From Bacteriovoracaceae bacterium (GTDB taxonomy: Bacteria; Bdellovibrionota; Bacteriovoracia; Bacteriovoracales; Bacteriovoracaceae): a stretch of DNA of 64,000 nt. The notes under the pieces are model-generated. The model saw only the letters and a list, made by a program, of their open reading frames with translations. It was not told the origin of the DNA and made no database searches. Below are positions 1 to 8,838 of the stretch, piece after piece. Where the stretch lies: contig OZ223251.1 of assembly GCA_965140515.1 (NCBI GenBank), positions 2,199,977 through 2,263,976 of the forward strand, read 5' to 3'. Position numbers and translations under genes: made by a program. Every line of letters starts with the position of its first letter. The stretch's first letter is position 1.

Positions 1-557
1 TCAAAGTTTTCGAAAGCGCCTTTTGGCATCATTTCCAGTGATTGATAGATTAGCTGAAGCTCACTCATCGAAAATGATTTTGTATTCTGGATTAGAAGGT
101 CTTCCCCTGAGAGGTCAAGTTCATTGGCGATGTGAGACAGATTGAGATTGTACTCATCCATAAAATAGAGATAGAAAGCTCCTTTCCCTTTTCCAAATGC
201 TTTGTCTGCCATGCAAAACATATCTTTACAGCTACTAATGCCTTTAAACTTTTTCTCGAGTAGTGGGTAAGGAAAATAGGATTCCTTTTTATATCCGTCC
301 ACTTGGAGAAGTGAAATCATATGCTGGACTAGCTCTGATCTAACTCCTTTCATCTCAATTCCAAAAAAGAGAATTTTCTCTTCGTTATCAACGGAGTACT
401 TCTTTTTGAGATGCCTTTCTAGTGCTTTGCCATCTGCATAAGTGCCGCAGTACTTAAGATTACTGTTTATCTCGTAGACCTCGTCTTCGAAAGTAGTGAA
501 TGCAAATGCTCCAGACAACTGTCCAAAAAGTAGACAAAATAGTAACAAGAACCTCAT
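1..557 (-). CDS. Secreted hypothetical protein; N-terminal part only, as the gene runs off the left edge
   Basis: Manual reverse-complement translation from ATG at 557 is open to position 1 (MRFLLLFCLLFGQLSGAFAFTTFEDEVYEINSNLKYCG...). It has a signal-peptide-like N-terminus. It is absent from the ORF track because no stop lies in the window. No family recognised. Confidence 0.5.
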   Translation of the reverse strand, partial: MRFLLLFCLLFGQLSGAFAFTTFEDEVYEINSNLKYCGTYADGKALERHLKKKYSVDNEEKILFFGIEMKGVRSELVQHMISLLQVDGYKKESYFPYPLLEKKFKGISSCKDMFCMADKAFGKGKGAFYLYFMDEYNLNLSHIANELDLSGEDLLIQNTKSFSMSELQLIYQSLEMMPKGAFENF

Positions 558-637
558 ATTATTCTCCATACTTATGCTGTGATAAGTGTCTATAATGCAA
601 TCTAGATGCCGAAATATTGAGAACTTTTAGTCTATAC

Positions 638-666
638 TTGAACCTTTTGGAAATCATTCCTACAAT
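638..666 (+). promoter_or_regulatory. Sigma70-type promoter candidate for the CAT-like gene
   Basis: TTGAAC (638-643), a 17-nt spacer, then TACAAT (661-666). AGGAGGA RBS at 684-690 and ATG at 695. Confidence 0.5.
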
Positions 667-694
667 AAGCTAGTTGCGTTGCTAGGAGGATGTT

Positions 695-1321
695 ATGAAA
701 CTTGTTGATGTCGATAATTGGAAGAGAAAAGAACACTATAATTTCTTTTCAAAATTTGTAAGCCCTTATTTCGGTGTCGTTTCTGAAATCGATTGTACTA
801 ATGCTTATAGCTATGCCAAAGAAAACAACCTTTCATTTTTTGCTTATTACTTGCATCGCTCAATGATGGCAGTAAACTCCATTCCTGAATTCCGTTATCG
901 TATTATTGATGATAAAGTGTATGAGTTTGAAACTATTCATGCTGGGGCGACAGCTGGCCGTGATGATGAAACTTTCGCTTTCATTTTTGTACCTTACTCC
1001 TCTGATTTTTCGACTTTTAATAGAGATTTACAGAGAGAGTTAGACGAGGTTAAGAAATCATCGGGGCTTCGCCTTAACGGTGATGATGAAAAATTTGACT
1101 TAATTCGTCACTCAACACTTCCATGGATTTCCTTTACTGCACTTCTTCATCCCACAAATTTTGTGCAAACCGAATCTGTTCCTAGAATTACCTTTGGGAA
1201 GGTGACTGAACGTGACGGACGGAAGTATCTACCAGTTTCTGTTGAGGCCCATCACGGCTTAATGGATGGACTACATGTTGCTAAATATTTTGAAGAATTC
1301 CAAAGACTCCTAGACCTTTAA
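695..1321 (+). CDS. cat: Chloramphenicol O-acetyltransferase (type A CAT family) homologue
   Basis: 208 aa. The N-terminal WKRKEHYNFF and C-terminal LPVSVEAHHGLMDGLHVAKYF match the classic CAT motifs (REHF...; HHAVCDGFH with catalytic His). Length is typical of CAT. Confidence 0.85.
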   Translation: MKLVDVDNWKRKEHYNFFSKFVSPYFGVVSEIDCTNAYSYAKENNLSFFAYYLHRSMMAVNSIPEFRYRIIDDKVYEFETIHAGATAGRDDETFAFIFVPYSSDFSTFNRDLQRELDEVKKSSGLRLNGDDEKFDLIRHSTLPWISFTALLHPTNFVQTESVPRITFGKVTERDGRKYLPVSVEAHHGLMDGLHVAKYFEEFQRLLDL

Positions 1322-1442
1322 TTACTTTTTGGCACCATAATTGCTCTTTATACTCACAAGTTACTTAATATCTGAATAATTCAGCAATATTTGTCTATTT
1401 AATGGACAGTCTGCTGTTTGATTGTACAACTTGGGAGTTTCT

Positions 1443-3980
1443 ATGCGTGTTTTAGCTGCTTTACTTATTTTCTTCGTAAGTTCTGTGCAGGCCGTTGAAA
1501 TTGAAAGAGTAAGAGAGAATCTTATTGGGAACTACCAGTACCTTGTTCAATCACAGGTTAAGTGCGATGGTGACTTTGAAAAAGGAAACTACATTTGTAA
1601 TAAGGATATTCCCGGTGAGAGAAGAGTTTTAGGAACTTGGGACTCATACATTATTCCTCTTGTTGGCCCAATGAAAAATACTATGAGATGGGTTGATTCA
1701 AATGTTTTTGTAACCGCCCATACCGTATTTCCACTATTCTCATTAAAGTTTGAGGATCCAGAACTTGAGAAGTCAAGACTTGATTCTATTCATAGCGCGA
1801 TGAGTGCCGTAAATCTATTTCGCAGAAAAAATGGTTTCGCTTTTTGGCCAAGAGTCGGTGTTTACAATGAAGGCGATGTTGATCGCGTAGGTGCTCTTAA
1901 CTTATCATTGCCAGTTCTTGCCGGACAAATGGGTATTTTAGATAAAATGCAGGGACTTTTCCATACAAAGCTTCTTCCAAAAAATAAGCAATGGATGATT
2001 GAGAATCTCGATCTTAATAATCGAGACTTCGGTCTTCTTTTCAATATTCCAAATGACGTAGACGACACCTCTTTAGGGGTTATTAGTAATCATTACTACT
2101 ATCAAGATAAAGAAGACAAAGGACAACTTTCTAAATATGTTGCAATGGTTGATCAGTTCGCGGGATACACTGATACATATGAAAATAGAAAGAATCGTCG
2201 TTATAAAAAGTCTACACCAGGTTGTAATGAAATGGTGGAGGATGCAAAAGATCGTGGAGATGATTCTATTTTTAGAAATGAAGAGTTTTTAAAAAAATGT
2301 TCTTTAGATGATCCACGTGAGGCCTGGAGATATAGTGCTTACGAAAATAAACATTCTGGCGCTGTTATGACGTGGTTATACGATGAAAACAAAGGGTTTT
2401 ATGAAAATCCAGAAGAGGGTTTAGCTTTTACGGGGCAAAATTCAATCGATTGTAATGTAATGGCAAATGTTACAAATGCTATGTCGCTTACAGGTAAGAG
2501 AAATGATCCTAAGCTTCGTCGCGGTTATGTTAATACTTGTAATGCAATCGCAAATACAATCTTAAATGAGGATGGCGATTTAAAGGTTGAGATCTCTCCA
2601 CGAAAAATTGATAGTGGGTTAATGCCTACATGGAGAATTTGCGGACTGTTCTATCCTGCACACATGACTTTTCCATATCTTCTTACAAAGGCCATTAATG
2701 AGGCCGATGCTTGTCAGGATCTAAATCAGAAAGATCAAGAGCGATTCGATCGCGCAATTGAGGTTTTGGCAGAAGATATTTTAAAGGAACAGTCTGAGGA
2801 GAGTGAGAATAAATCTTCTGGTACGTGGTATGAGAAAATCGATAATACTACAGGGCTTCCTACGGCCCTTGGGGCGGCATCACTTGTTAATATTTACAAA
2901 GCCTATGGCGATAAAATCTCTGTAGATAAAGATGAACTTGAATCTGCCATCGATAGCGCTGTCGATTATATCTTAGATAATAGTGATCGTAAGATGATCA
3001 ATGGAAAAGAGACAATCTCCCTTGAAGAAGGAACATTCTTTGGAGGTGGGACTATCGATGAGATCGCACACTGGCGATCTAGACCATTTGCAACAGCTGT
3101 TTCTCTTGAGTTGATGAGTAAATACTATTCTGTTTTTGGCAATGGTAAAATGGTAGATCATAATCTTGTTATTAAGAGTGATACTGAGTTGTCAACTGTT
3201 GTGGACATTTATGAAACCCGCTCTCTACCGGAGAATTACAAACAAGATTCTTTATATATGTATGAAAAGAGCTCATTTGATTCTACAATCACAGCTGGGT
3301 TAAAGCTTGGAAAGAATAATGAAGCTATTATTGGAGTCGAACTTTCATATGGGGAGATCTATAAAGGGAATGCTCAAGATAGAAATGAGAAGATTGCTTT
3401 TTATAAGATTAAGGTGTCTTCTGAATTTGGTATTGACGTAATGAGAGGAAACTTTGAGAGCTATAAGTTAGATGCTAAATTTCTTGGAGTTAGCACAAAG
3501 ACTGATTCATTTATTAATTCTGAGTTCGCCTACCTTCCGATCTCATATGTTAAACAAGGGGATCTAGAAAAAGCTAGTGCTCATCTTTTTACTGTTGGAG
3601 GTGAGATCCCGATCGTGAATATTGGAGATAATGCTTATTTGAATGTTGATGCTACTGCGAAAGTACTCGGATACATCAACCGTTCTATGGATGGAGATCG
3701 TACTAATCAGCTACAATCTTATGACATTGCTGATGTAGAAATTGGTATCTCTTATGTAAGAGATCGATTTAGTATTAGAGCAAGTTATGAGATGGATTTA
3801 GGCTACAGTGAAGATGGTTATGGTAACGGTATGTCATCTCATAACAACAATACTTTTAGAGTTGAGGCCAAGTATCAAATTTCTAATAATCAATCTCTCT
3901 CTTTTGGTGTTGAGCATCATCAGGATAATAGATTTGATGAAAATGCCGCTTATATGAAATACGAATATAAATTTAATTAG
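1443..3980 (+). CDS. Large secreted protein: N-terminal terpene-cyclase/prenyltransferase-like (alpha/alpha toroid) region plus a beta-rich C-terminal region
   Basis: The ORF track starts at TTG 1422. ATG 1443 follows GGGAG (1433-1437) and gives the signal peptide MRVLAALLIFFVSSVQA. The motif FNIPNDVDDTSLGV resembles the DxDDTA block of squalene-hopene cyclases. The last ~270 aa are G/Y/S/N-rich with an alternating pattern and end in YEYKFN. Confidence 0.6.
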   Translation: MRVLAALLIFFVSSVQAVEIERVRENLIGNYQYLVQSQVKCDGDFEKGNYICNKDIPGERRVLGTWDSYIIPLVGPMKNTMRWVDSNVFVTAHTVFPLFSLKFEDPELEKSRLDSIHSAMSAVNLFRRKNGFAFWPRVGVYNEGDVDRVGALNLSLPVLAGQMGILDKMQGLFHTKLLPKNKQWMIENLDLNNRDFGLLFNIPNDVDDTSLGVISNHYYYQDKEDKGQLSKYVAMVDQFAGYTDTYENRKNRRYKKSTPGCNEMVEDAKDRGDDSIFRNEEFLKKCSLDDPREAWRYSAYENKHSGAVMTWLYDENKGFYENPEEGLAFTGQNSIDCNVMANVTNAMSLTGKRNDPKLRRGYVNTCNAIANTILNEDGDLKVEISPRKIDSGLMPTWRICGLFYPAHMTFPYLLTKAINEADACQDLNQKDQERFDRAIEVLAEDILKEQSEESENKSSGTWYEKIDNTTGLPTALGAASLVNIYKAYGDKISVDKDELESAIDSAVDYILDNSDRKMINGKETISLEEGTFFGGGTIDEIAHWRSRPFATAVSLELMSKYYSVFGNGKMVDHNLVIKSDTELSTVVDIYETRSLPENYKQDSLYMYEKSSFDSTITAGLKLGKNNEAIIGVELSYGEIYKGNAQDRNEKIAFYKIKVSSEFGIDVMRGNFESYKLDAKFLGVSTKTDSFINSEFAYLPISYVKQGDLEKASAHLFTVGGEIPIVNIGDNAYLNVDATAKVLGYINRSMDGDRTNQLQSYDIADVEIGISYVRDRFSIRASYEMDLGYSEDGYGNGMSSHNNNTFRVEAKYQISNNQSLSFGVEHHQDNRFDENAAYMKYEYKFN

Positions 3981-3988
3981 AATTTATT

Positions 3989-4007
3989 GGCGCAGATCTT
4001 CTGCGCC
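3989..4007. terminator. Hairpin between convergent genes
   Basis: GGCGCAGA-tct-TCTGCGCC forms a perfect 8-bp stem between the stop of 1443..3980 (+) and the stop of blc (-). Confidence 0.55.
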
Positions 4008-4541
4008 TTATTTATGACGTGTTCTCTTTAATTTGTTGATGTCGTAACCTTTTTCTTTTAGAAACTTTAGTATTCCTTGATAGGTTTTTGGCACCATTTC
4101 TTTTGTTCTAGATAAAATCCAAAGTGTCTGCATTGATGGATCACTAACTACAGAGTAGCTGTAATCCTTATCAATTTTAATCACCCAATAATTTCCTGCG
4201 AGAAAGGGGAGCCTTAGCCATTTAAATACAAATTGTACTTTAAGTTTTGCTGGTTTATTTTTATTTGGAATCCAGGCGATCCCCAAGGCCTGTCTTAGGT
4301 CTCCATCGACAGAATTCTGGTTACATTCATTGAGAACATCGATTTCATTATCTTCATTGATCTTATATTTCGCCCTTGTTGCAGTACACCCTTTTTGGAA
4401 CCACTGTGGGAATGATGCGATTTCGTACCATGTTCCAAGGTATTTATTGAGGTCTAAGCTTTTTACCGCTGATATTTTTGTATCAGAAGCAAGTATGGCC
4501 GATGGTAATAGTAGGATAAAAAATATTGCTATTGTTTTCAT
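4008..4541 (-). CDS. blc: Bacterial lipocalin (Blc-like outer-membrane lipocalin)
   Basis: 177 aa with a signal peptide. Carries the lipocalin signature YLGTWYEIASFP and a typical size. Confidence 0.85.
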   Translation of the reverse strand: MKTIAIFFILLLPSAILASDTKISAVKSLDLNKYLGTWYEIASFPQWFQKGCTATRAKYKINEDNEIDVLNECNQNSVDGDLRQALGIAWIPNKNKPAKLKVQFVFKWLRLPFLAGNYWVIKIDKDYSYSVVSDPSMQTLWILSRTKEMVPKTYQGILKFLKEKGYDINKLKRTRHK

Positions 4542-4657
4542 GATTCTACTGTATCGGATGAATGCGTTGCTGTATGCACATATTTGTTTAAAATTATATA
4601 AGTTTAGTTTGATTGAATTTTGATCAATGATAAAATGTTCTTATATTTGAATAAGGA

Positions 4658-5509
4658 GTGAGCGTAGTGAATTCTGAAATTGAGCAACTAATTCTTCATC
4701 GATTTCAACATGAGCTTGTGGATGATTCCTTCCACACAACTTTAATGCAAGATGAGCATTTTGATCTTCTTTTTATTCGCTTCTTAGATACTTCTGATGA
4801 AAACTTAATCGTGAAAGCTAGATGCTTCGTATTCATTGAAGACTCTGTTTTCGAGTTCTCAAGAGAGAGGTCCCATTTTCTAGAGGTTGCTGGCGCTGAG
4901 GGGGGATTTGTTGAAATCATCAAGCATATCCTAAAGAAGAATCGCGCTATTTTGAATCACCTTGTAGATATTATCGAAGATTTAGAAGAGCATATTTATG
5001 AGAGATCTATTCCTACGCATTTCATGGATGCATGGTTTAAGCTTCGTAAGAATCTTTCAAAAGTTGATCGCTATTATACTCGTCTAAACGGTGTATTTAT
5101 GGATCTTGTGGACACTAAAATTGGTGAGGAAAATCAGCTCAGGTACCAAAAGCTTATGGTTTCGTTTGATGGAGAGCATGCACGCACTGACTTACTATTA
5201 AAAAAGCTAGATGGGCTATATAATTACCATGAACTGATTCGTTCAGATAAATTGAATCGAACAGTATATTTATTGACTGTTATCTCAGGAATTTTTCTTC
5301 CATTAAATTTTATAGTTGGTTTATTTGGAATGAATACCACTGATCTTTTCTTTACAACTTCTCCAAATGGAACAACAAAAGTTATATTTTTATTAGGTCT
5401 TGTTCTTTTTTCATTAACTCTAGGTGCTCGTCTTTTGAAAATGATTATAGATCGTCTACGTATTAAAAGAAGTGTCTTTAGGCTTGGAGATTTTTTGTCT
5501 AAATTATAG
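4658..5509 (+). CDS. CorA-family divalent-cation transporter-like protein
   Basis: C-terminal FLPLNFIVGLFGMNT (GMN motif) followed by a second hydrophobic helix. GTG 4658 overlaps the AAGGAG RBS (4653-4658), so GTG 4667 is the more likely start. Confidence 0.7.
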   Translation: MSVVNSEIEQLILHRFQHELVDDSFHTTLMQDEHFDLLFIRFLDTSDENLIVKARCFVFIEDSVFEFSRERSHFLEVAGAEGGFVEIIKHILKKNRAILNHLVDIIEDLEEHIYERSIPTHFMDAWFKLRKNLSKVDRYYTRLNGVFMDLVDTKIGEENQLRYQKLMVSFDGEHARTDLLLKKLDGLYNYHELIRSDKLNRTVYLLTVISGIFLPLNFIVGLFGMNTTDLFFTTSPNGTTKVIFLLGLVLFSLTLGARLLKMIIDRLRIKRSVFRLGDFLSKL

Positions 5510-5587
5510 CTATTAAAATAATCATATTTGTAGATATCTTTTTTTTAGGCCTTATCGCTTGATTGGAACACTCGATTAAGTTATTGT

Positions 5588-5614
5588 AGCGCCTCTAAAT
5601 GAGGCGCTTTTTTT
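5588..5614 (+). terminator. Rho-independent terminator after the CorA-like gene
   Basis: AGCGCCTC-taaat-GAGGCGCT followed by TTTTTT. Confidence 0.65.
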
Positions 5615-6512
5615 AGTATGTACTAAGGTATCGTTCGCCACTATCTGGCAGAATAACAACTACTTTCTTGTTCTCAATCCCATTTGTTTCAATATACTTC
5701 TTTGCTGATGCTATTGCCGCTCCAGAAGACACTCCACAAAAAATGCCCTCTTTAGTTGCTAACTCGCTTGATGCCTCTCTAGCTTCTTCGTATGAAATCG
5801 TTACGATATCATCGAGAACATCTTTAAGGAGTGTATTTGGAATGAATCCAGCTCCAATCCCTTGTATCTTATGAGGTCCAGGAGCTCCTCCGCTTAATAC
5901 TGGTGAGTCTTTCGGCTCTACAGCCACTACTTTTGTGTTTGGACGTCTCTCTTTCAGAAATTTTCCCGCTCCTGAAATTGTTCCTCCCGTTCCTACTCCC
6001 GCGATGAGGTAATCAATTTCACCGAGTTCATTGTATATTTCTGGGCCAGTTGTATTGTAATGCGCTTTCCAGTTCGCTTCATTCTCAAATTGACCGAGAC
6101 CAATGTAGGAGCTATCGGATTCAATGAGTTCATTTGCTTTTTGAATTGCACCTTTCATTCCTTTTTCACCTGGTGTCAGTATAATCTCTGCTCCATATGC
6201 CTGTATAAGCTTTCTACGTTCAATGGTCATTGTTTCTGGCATCGTTATAATCGCCTTATGGCCCTTCATTGCTGCAACCATTGCAATGCCAATTCCCGTA
6301 TTACCACTCGATGGTTCTACAATTGTTTTTCCTGCTGTGAGTATGCCTTTGTCTTCTGCGTCTTCAATTAATGCTTTAGCAAGGCGATCTTTTACACTTG
6401 ACCCAGGATTAAAGCTTTCAAGCTTTACAAAAAATTCGCAATTAAGTTCTTTTGAAAGTGACTGCATTTTTATAAGTGGTGTTTTCCCAATTGTATCTAA
6501 TATTGATTTCAT
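5613..6512 (-). CDS. cysK: Cysteine synthase A (O-acetylserine sulfhydrylase)
   Basis: Motifs KLESFNPGSSVKDR (PLP lysine), SSGNTGIG and GTGGTISG. The ORF-track start 6584 would overlap cysE. ATG 6512 (MKSILDTIGKTPLI) follows GAGGGAG and lies 1 nt after the cysE stop. Confidence 0.9.
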   Translation of the reverse strand: MKSILDTIGKTPLIKMQSLSKELNCEFFVKLESFNPGSSVKDRLAKALIEDAEDKGILTAGKTIVEPSSGNTGIGIAMVAAMKGHKAIITMPETMTIERRKLIQAYGAEIILTPGEKGMKGAIQKANELIESDSSYIGLGQFENEANWKAHYNTTGPEIYNELGEIDYLIAGVGTGGTISGAGKFLKERRPNTKVVAVEPKDSPVLSGGAPGPHKIQGIGAGFIPNTLLKDVLDDIVTISYEEAREASSELATKEGIFCGVSSGAAIASAKKYIETNGIENKKVVVILPDSGERYLSTY

Positions 6513-6513
6513 T

Positions 6514-7377
6514 TTATCTCCCTCTTTGCTGGAAAATCTTTTTCCCTTCCGGAACGTCTTCAGTAAGCCAAACGTTCCCTCCAATTATTGAGTTCATTCC
6601 GATTGTTATTCTTCCTAATATTGTGGCCCCTGCATAAATCGTAACGTTATCTGAGATAATAGGGTGACGTGAGATTCCTTTCATGGGATTCCCCTCTTCA
6701 TCTGTTGGAAAGCTTCTAGCTCCTAGTGTTACTCCCTGATAAATTTTTACGTTATTACCAATTACCGATGTTTCTCCAATCACAACTCCAGTGCCGTGGT
6801 CGATAAATAGCCCATTCCCAATTTTAGCTCCTGGATGAATGTCGATTCCCGTCTTAGAGTGTGCCAGCTCAGATATAATTCTTGGAATTATCGGTGCATC
6901 GAGCTGATAAAGCTTGTGAGCTATTCGGTGATGAACCATTGCGCGAACCCCGGGGTAGGCGAAAACGACTTCATCGATGCATACTGCTGCTGGATCTCCA
7001 CTGTATGCAGCTCTTGCATCATTTTCGAGATCTTCCTGTAGTGCCGGAAGTTCTTTCATAAATTGACGCGCAATTTCTTTTGCTGCTTCTTTACATGTTT
7101 CACAATCAGACCTTTTTTTCTCTTTGCAAATGAAGCAAATGCCACAGTGAACTTGTTCCGCCACAATCCTTTCAATTAGCTCTAAGTGAGCACGTATTGA
7201 ATCGACTTCACTCTCTGGCGTGAAATAGTTTGGGAATGTTAGTGATGTGATTTCTTTTACTAATAAATACAAGCGCTTTCTTGAGGGAAGACCAACTGTT
7301 TTTTGACATTCTGAGTCCTCAGTTATTGTCTTGATTTTAGTAAAATAGTCCACTAGGTCATTCATATAGTCTGTCAT
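6514..7377 (-). CDS. cysE: Serine O-acetyltransferase with a Cys-rich N-terminal insertion
   Basis: Carries DIHPGAKIG..FIDHGTGVVIGET plus hexapeptide repeats, and sits directly upstream of cysK. The N-terminal region contains CGICFIC-x7-CETC. Confidence 0.85.
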   Translation of the reverse strand: MTDYMNDLVDYFTKIKTITEDSECQKTVGLPSRKRLYLLVKEITSLTFPNYFTPESEVDSIRAHLELIERIVAEQVHCGICFICKEKKRSDCETCKEAAKEIARQFMKELPALQEDLENDARAAYSGDPAAVCIDEVVFAYPGVRAMVHHRIAHKLYQLDAPIIPRIISELAHSKTGIDIHPGAKIGNGLFIDHGTGVVIGETSVIGNNVKIYQGVTLGARSFPTDEEGNPMKGISRHPIISDNVTIYAGATILGRITIGMNSIIGGNVWLTEDVPEGKKIFQQRGR

Positions 7378-7590
7378 CCCATCTCCTTTAAGGATTGGTA
7401 ATATAACTCTAAATATTAAAATGACTAATCAAGAATATCTATGTGGTAATCCCATTTTATCTTTATTATTAGTCTTCTTAATAGCTCAGTTAATTTCAAT
7501 TTATATCTCTTTTTTTTCTCCCTTTTGACCAGTTGCTTTAGCAAACTAAACTAAGAGCGTGTTCTTTTGATTTTAAAAGGGAGACCAAGT

Positions 7591-7815
7591 ATGATTCCGG
7601 CAAAAAAAGATCCCAGATGGGCGAGTCTTGTTAAAGGTGAGCAAGAATTTCAACTCTCTGGATTTGCAACAAAGATGTTACTAGGAAAGGTTCGCGTCAA
7701 AATTCAACTCGATCCATCAGATGAAAATATTAAATCTAGTATTGAGGAAGTTTATAGTTTCTTCATTGAAAATGAAGAGCTTGTTGAAACAGATTTGAAA
7801 ATTATTTTTGGATAA
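7591..7815 (+). CDS. Small hypothetical protein (74 aa)
   Basis: ATG 7591 follows GGGAG. The ORF-track TTG 7567 extension has no RBS. It lies 14 nt upstream of the next gene. No family recognised. Confidence 0.4.
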   Translation: MIPAKKDPRWASLVKGEQEFQLSGFATKMLLGKVRVKIQLDPSDENIKSSIEEVYSFFIENEELVETDLKIIFG

Positions 7816-7829
7816 TAGGGAGTATTAAA

Positions 7830-8807
7830 ATGAATAAACTATTAGGTGTCGATACTGTTAGACAAATGGTGAAGGCGGGAAAAGTATTAATGCTCGCTGG
7901 TGATGAAAAGCTACTTCAAGAGTTGCCAAAAGGAAAATGGATTGGTGGTACCATCCCTTATTTCATGGGGGATGATGGTGGGGTTTGCTCTGATCAAAAG
8001 ATATATGTGACAGAGCTTCCAGACTACATTGAAGATATTAAGATTAAGCTATATCGTGCAAATGAATTGCCTGGAATTTCTTCTGATTACCCTGTTAATG
8101 GTGCTTCATTTATTATTATTCCCGCTGGTACAGATGTTCATAAGTCCTTTGCAAGAGATGCAACTACATATAAGAACTATTTCAATTCTCCTGTTGTGGG
8201 TTGGATCTCTGGGGTTAAACTGGAGGATTTAGAAACAGCTCATCCAAAGGTATTTGATGGAAATAGCGGGGTTGTTTCACAAGATCAGGCCGTTGTTATG
8301 CACATATCATTACCAAAAGAGAAAAGAGCAAAGATTGATATTATAAACCTATTCAGACAAGGAGATGGAGACTCTATAACATTTGAAGAGTCAGGCTTTA
8401 CTATCGAGAACTGCCTTATAAATGGAGAAAAAAAGAATTTTGCTGAATATCTAAGAGAGAATAATATTGATACTCAGCTGCCTCTTGTGGCGGATTACTG
8501 TGGTGCAATGGTAAATGTCAGCATTCAATCTGTGAAGGATAAGTCTGTTGATTTATATGCACCTGTCTTTAATGGTGTTCAGTATAAGTTTGCAAAGAGT
8601 GTAGGAGATTACGCCAAAGAGTTTGAAGTTGAAGTTTTAAAGCACAAGGCAAATCCAATCTTCTCTTGTAATTGTATTTTAAATTATCTTTACGCGGGAC
8701 TTGAGGGGCATAAAACAGCAAATATAACTGGCCCGATAACCTTTGGTGAAGTGGCCTATATGCTCTTAAATCAGACTATGGTCTATATTTCTTTTGAAAA
8801 TCATTAA
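7830..8807 (+). CDS. Hypothetical protein, possibly FIST-like sensory fold
   Basis: 325 aa. The C-terminal ...GPITFGEVAYMLLNQT... is reminiscent of the FIST_C ending (GEI...HNQT). The assignment is tentative. Confidence 0.5.
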   Translation: MNKLLGVDTVRQMVKAGKVLMLAGDEKLLQELPKGKWIGGTIPYFMGDDGGVCSDQKIYVTELPDYIEDIKIKLYRANELPGISSDYPVNGASFIIIPAGTDVHKSFARDATTYKNYFNSPVVGWISGVKLEDLETAHPKVFDGNSGVVSQDQAVVMHISLPKEKRAKIDIINLFRQGDGDSITFEESGFTIENCLINGEKKNFAEYLRENNIDTQLPLVADYCGAMVNVSIQSVKDKSVDLYAPVFNGVQYKFAKSVGDYAKEFEVEVLKHKANPIFSCNCILNYLYAGLEGHKTANITGPITFGEVAYMLLNQTMVYISFENH

Positions 8808-8811
8808 CAAT

Positions 8812-8838
8812 TGGGCCCTTCAGAGGCCCATTTATTTT
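8812..8838 (+). terminator. Rho-independent terminator
   Basis: TGGGCC-cttcaga-GGCCCA followed by TTTATTTT. Confidence 0.55.

Noticed and set aside
600-625. GCCGAAAT resembling the -10 element of sigma28 (GCCGATAA)
   Set aside because: There is no TAAA-type -35 element at the right distance upstream. A good sigma70 promoter (638-666) already explains expression of the downstream gene.
6513-6584. 24-codon N-terminal extension of cysK given by the ORF track
   Set aside because: It would overlap the 3' end of cysE by 70 nt. The internal ATG 6512 has a GAGGGAG RBS and gives the canonical CysK N-terminus. Similar upstream extensions were trimmed for 1422, 7567, 9941, 19299, 30590, 31559, 33183, 36105, 39718, 41690, 43886, 46185, 58766, 60781 and 60835.
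6060-6591. Plus-strand ORFs of 103 and 122 aa (6060..6371, 6223..6591) inside cysK
   Set aside because: They are antisense shadows of a strongly recognisable cysK. Their composition is Cys/Phe/Ile-rich and low-complexity, with no RBS. The same reasoning applies to most 60-130 aa ORFs in the track that lie opposite long conserved genes, such as 38145..38612, 39444..39900, 49302..50312, 33858..34374 and 21749..22120.
7378-7566. Possible riboswitch or leader upstream of cysE-cysK
   Set aside because: The region is AT-rich. I could see no conserved-looking stem-loops and no SAM-, T-box- or Cys-related motif. It more likely holds divergent promoters.
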